In this document: positions 63,345-64,000 of the stretch, in pieces
Numbering within the stretch: the first letter of the stretch is position 1
How the letters are laid out: each line of letters starts with the position of its first letter
DNA from: Candidatus Cloacimonadales bacterium
GTDB lineage: Bacteria; Cloacimonadota; Cloacimonadia; Cloacimonadales; JAIOQZ01
NCBI GenBank assembly: GCA_963674825.1
Contig: OY771587.1
Location: forward strand, 352,001 to 416,000
Length of the DNA stretch: 64,000 nt
Reading direction: 5' to 3'
Made by a program: the position numbers and the translations under genes
The notes under the pieces: model-generated
What the model saw: the letters and a program-made list of their open reading frames with translations, nothing else
What the model was told of the DNA's origin: nothing
The model's database searches: none

Positions 63345-64000
63345 ATGGCACTCCGGATCGTACCCGTCCAGTCACCGAAGCAACTCAAGCAGTTCATCAT
63401 GCTGCCGTTCCGGCTTTACAAGGACGATCCTTACTGGGTACCGCCTCTGATCATGGATCAGAAGAATTTCTTTAACCCCAAAAAGAACCCCTACTACCAG
63501 CACTCGCAGGTGCAGCTTTTCCTGGCTTTAGATGAAAACAAGCCGGTTGGGCGCATCAGCGCGCATACCAACACACAGCATAACAAAGAGCACAACGACA
63601 AGGTTGGCTTCTTCGGTTTCTTCGAATCGGAAAACGACTCCCGGATCCCGGCTATGCTGCTCGAGGCTGCCGAAAACTGGCTGCGCGAACATGGCTGTGA
63701 CACCGCGCGCGGCCCCATGAATTTCTCAGTGAACGACGAATGCGGATTGCTGGTGGACGGCTTCGAATCCCAGCCTTACGTCATGATGCCGCACAATCCT
63801 CCCTGGTATCAGCAACTTATCACAGCATGCGGTTACGAGAAAGCCATGGATCTCTATGCCTGGCATCTGCACGACGAAGTGATGAACGAGCGGCTTGAGA
63901 AATTCGCCGATCGTGCTCTGAAACGAGGTGGTTTCACTGTACGCAAAATCAATAAAAAGCATCTCAAGCGTGATATCGAGATAGTCTTTACCCTCTACAC
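63345..64000 (+). CDS. YghO / bacterial ceramide synthase-like GNAT acyltransferase; truncated by window end and absent from the ORF track
   Basis: Manual translation: MALRIVPV...FIMLPFRLYKDDPYWVPPL...NPYYQH...VGRISA...GFFGFFE...RGPMNFSVNDECGLLVDGF...MMPHNPPWY. Confidence 0.85.
   Translation, partial: MALRIVPVQSPKQLKQFIMLPFRLYKDDPYWVPPLIMDQKNFFNPKKNPYYQHSQVQLFLALDENKPVGRISAHTNTQHNKEHNDKVGFFGFFESENDSRIPAMLLEAAENWLREHGCDTARGPMNFSVNDECGLLVDGFESQPYVMMPHNPPWYQQLITACGYEKAMDLYAWHLHDEVMNERLEKFADRALKRGGFTVRKINKKHLKRDIEIVFTLY

Overview
This is a bacterial chromosomal window of about 42 genes, visually moderate in GC. It most likely comes from Candidatus Cloacimonadota or a related FCB-group anaerobe; this is inferred from repeated FlgD-Ig-like 'PNPFNP...YNxRGQ' C-terminal domains, a gingipain C25 protease and FolE2. 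Contents in order: the end of a surface-polysaccharide locus (wecB-like, fnlABC); a TonB receptor with a lipoprotein; a BtrH/ABC/ACP module without ketosynthases; REP-like palindrome clusters; htpG with a CIRCE element; malQ; an ErcA-like Fe-ADH with a 9-PAS hybrid kinase; an ABC permease; an L,D-transpeptidase-like gene; a CoA-disulfide reductase-rhodanese; an NCS2-HATPase fusion; a YprA/MrfA-type helicase with an internal HNH domain, head-to-head with a SprT-like protease and a phosphodiesterase; several large secreted proteins; an apbE-folE2-M16-activase-TPR operon; and yggS, a plsY-like gene and a YghO/bCerS-like GNAT. The best candidates for something new are the helicase-HNH/SprT/phosphodiesterase module, a nested three-hairpin element at 40.8 kb, REP-associated long direct duplications, the degenerate NCS2-HATPase fusion, and the degenerate PlsY beside a ceramide-synthase-like GNAT. 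No tRNA, rRNA, CRISPR array, transposase, integrase or reverse transcriptase was recognised. All family calls come from motif recognition by eye, not from database searches.
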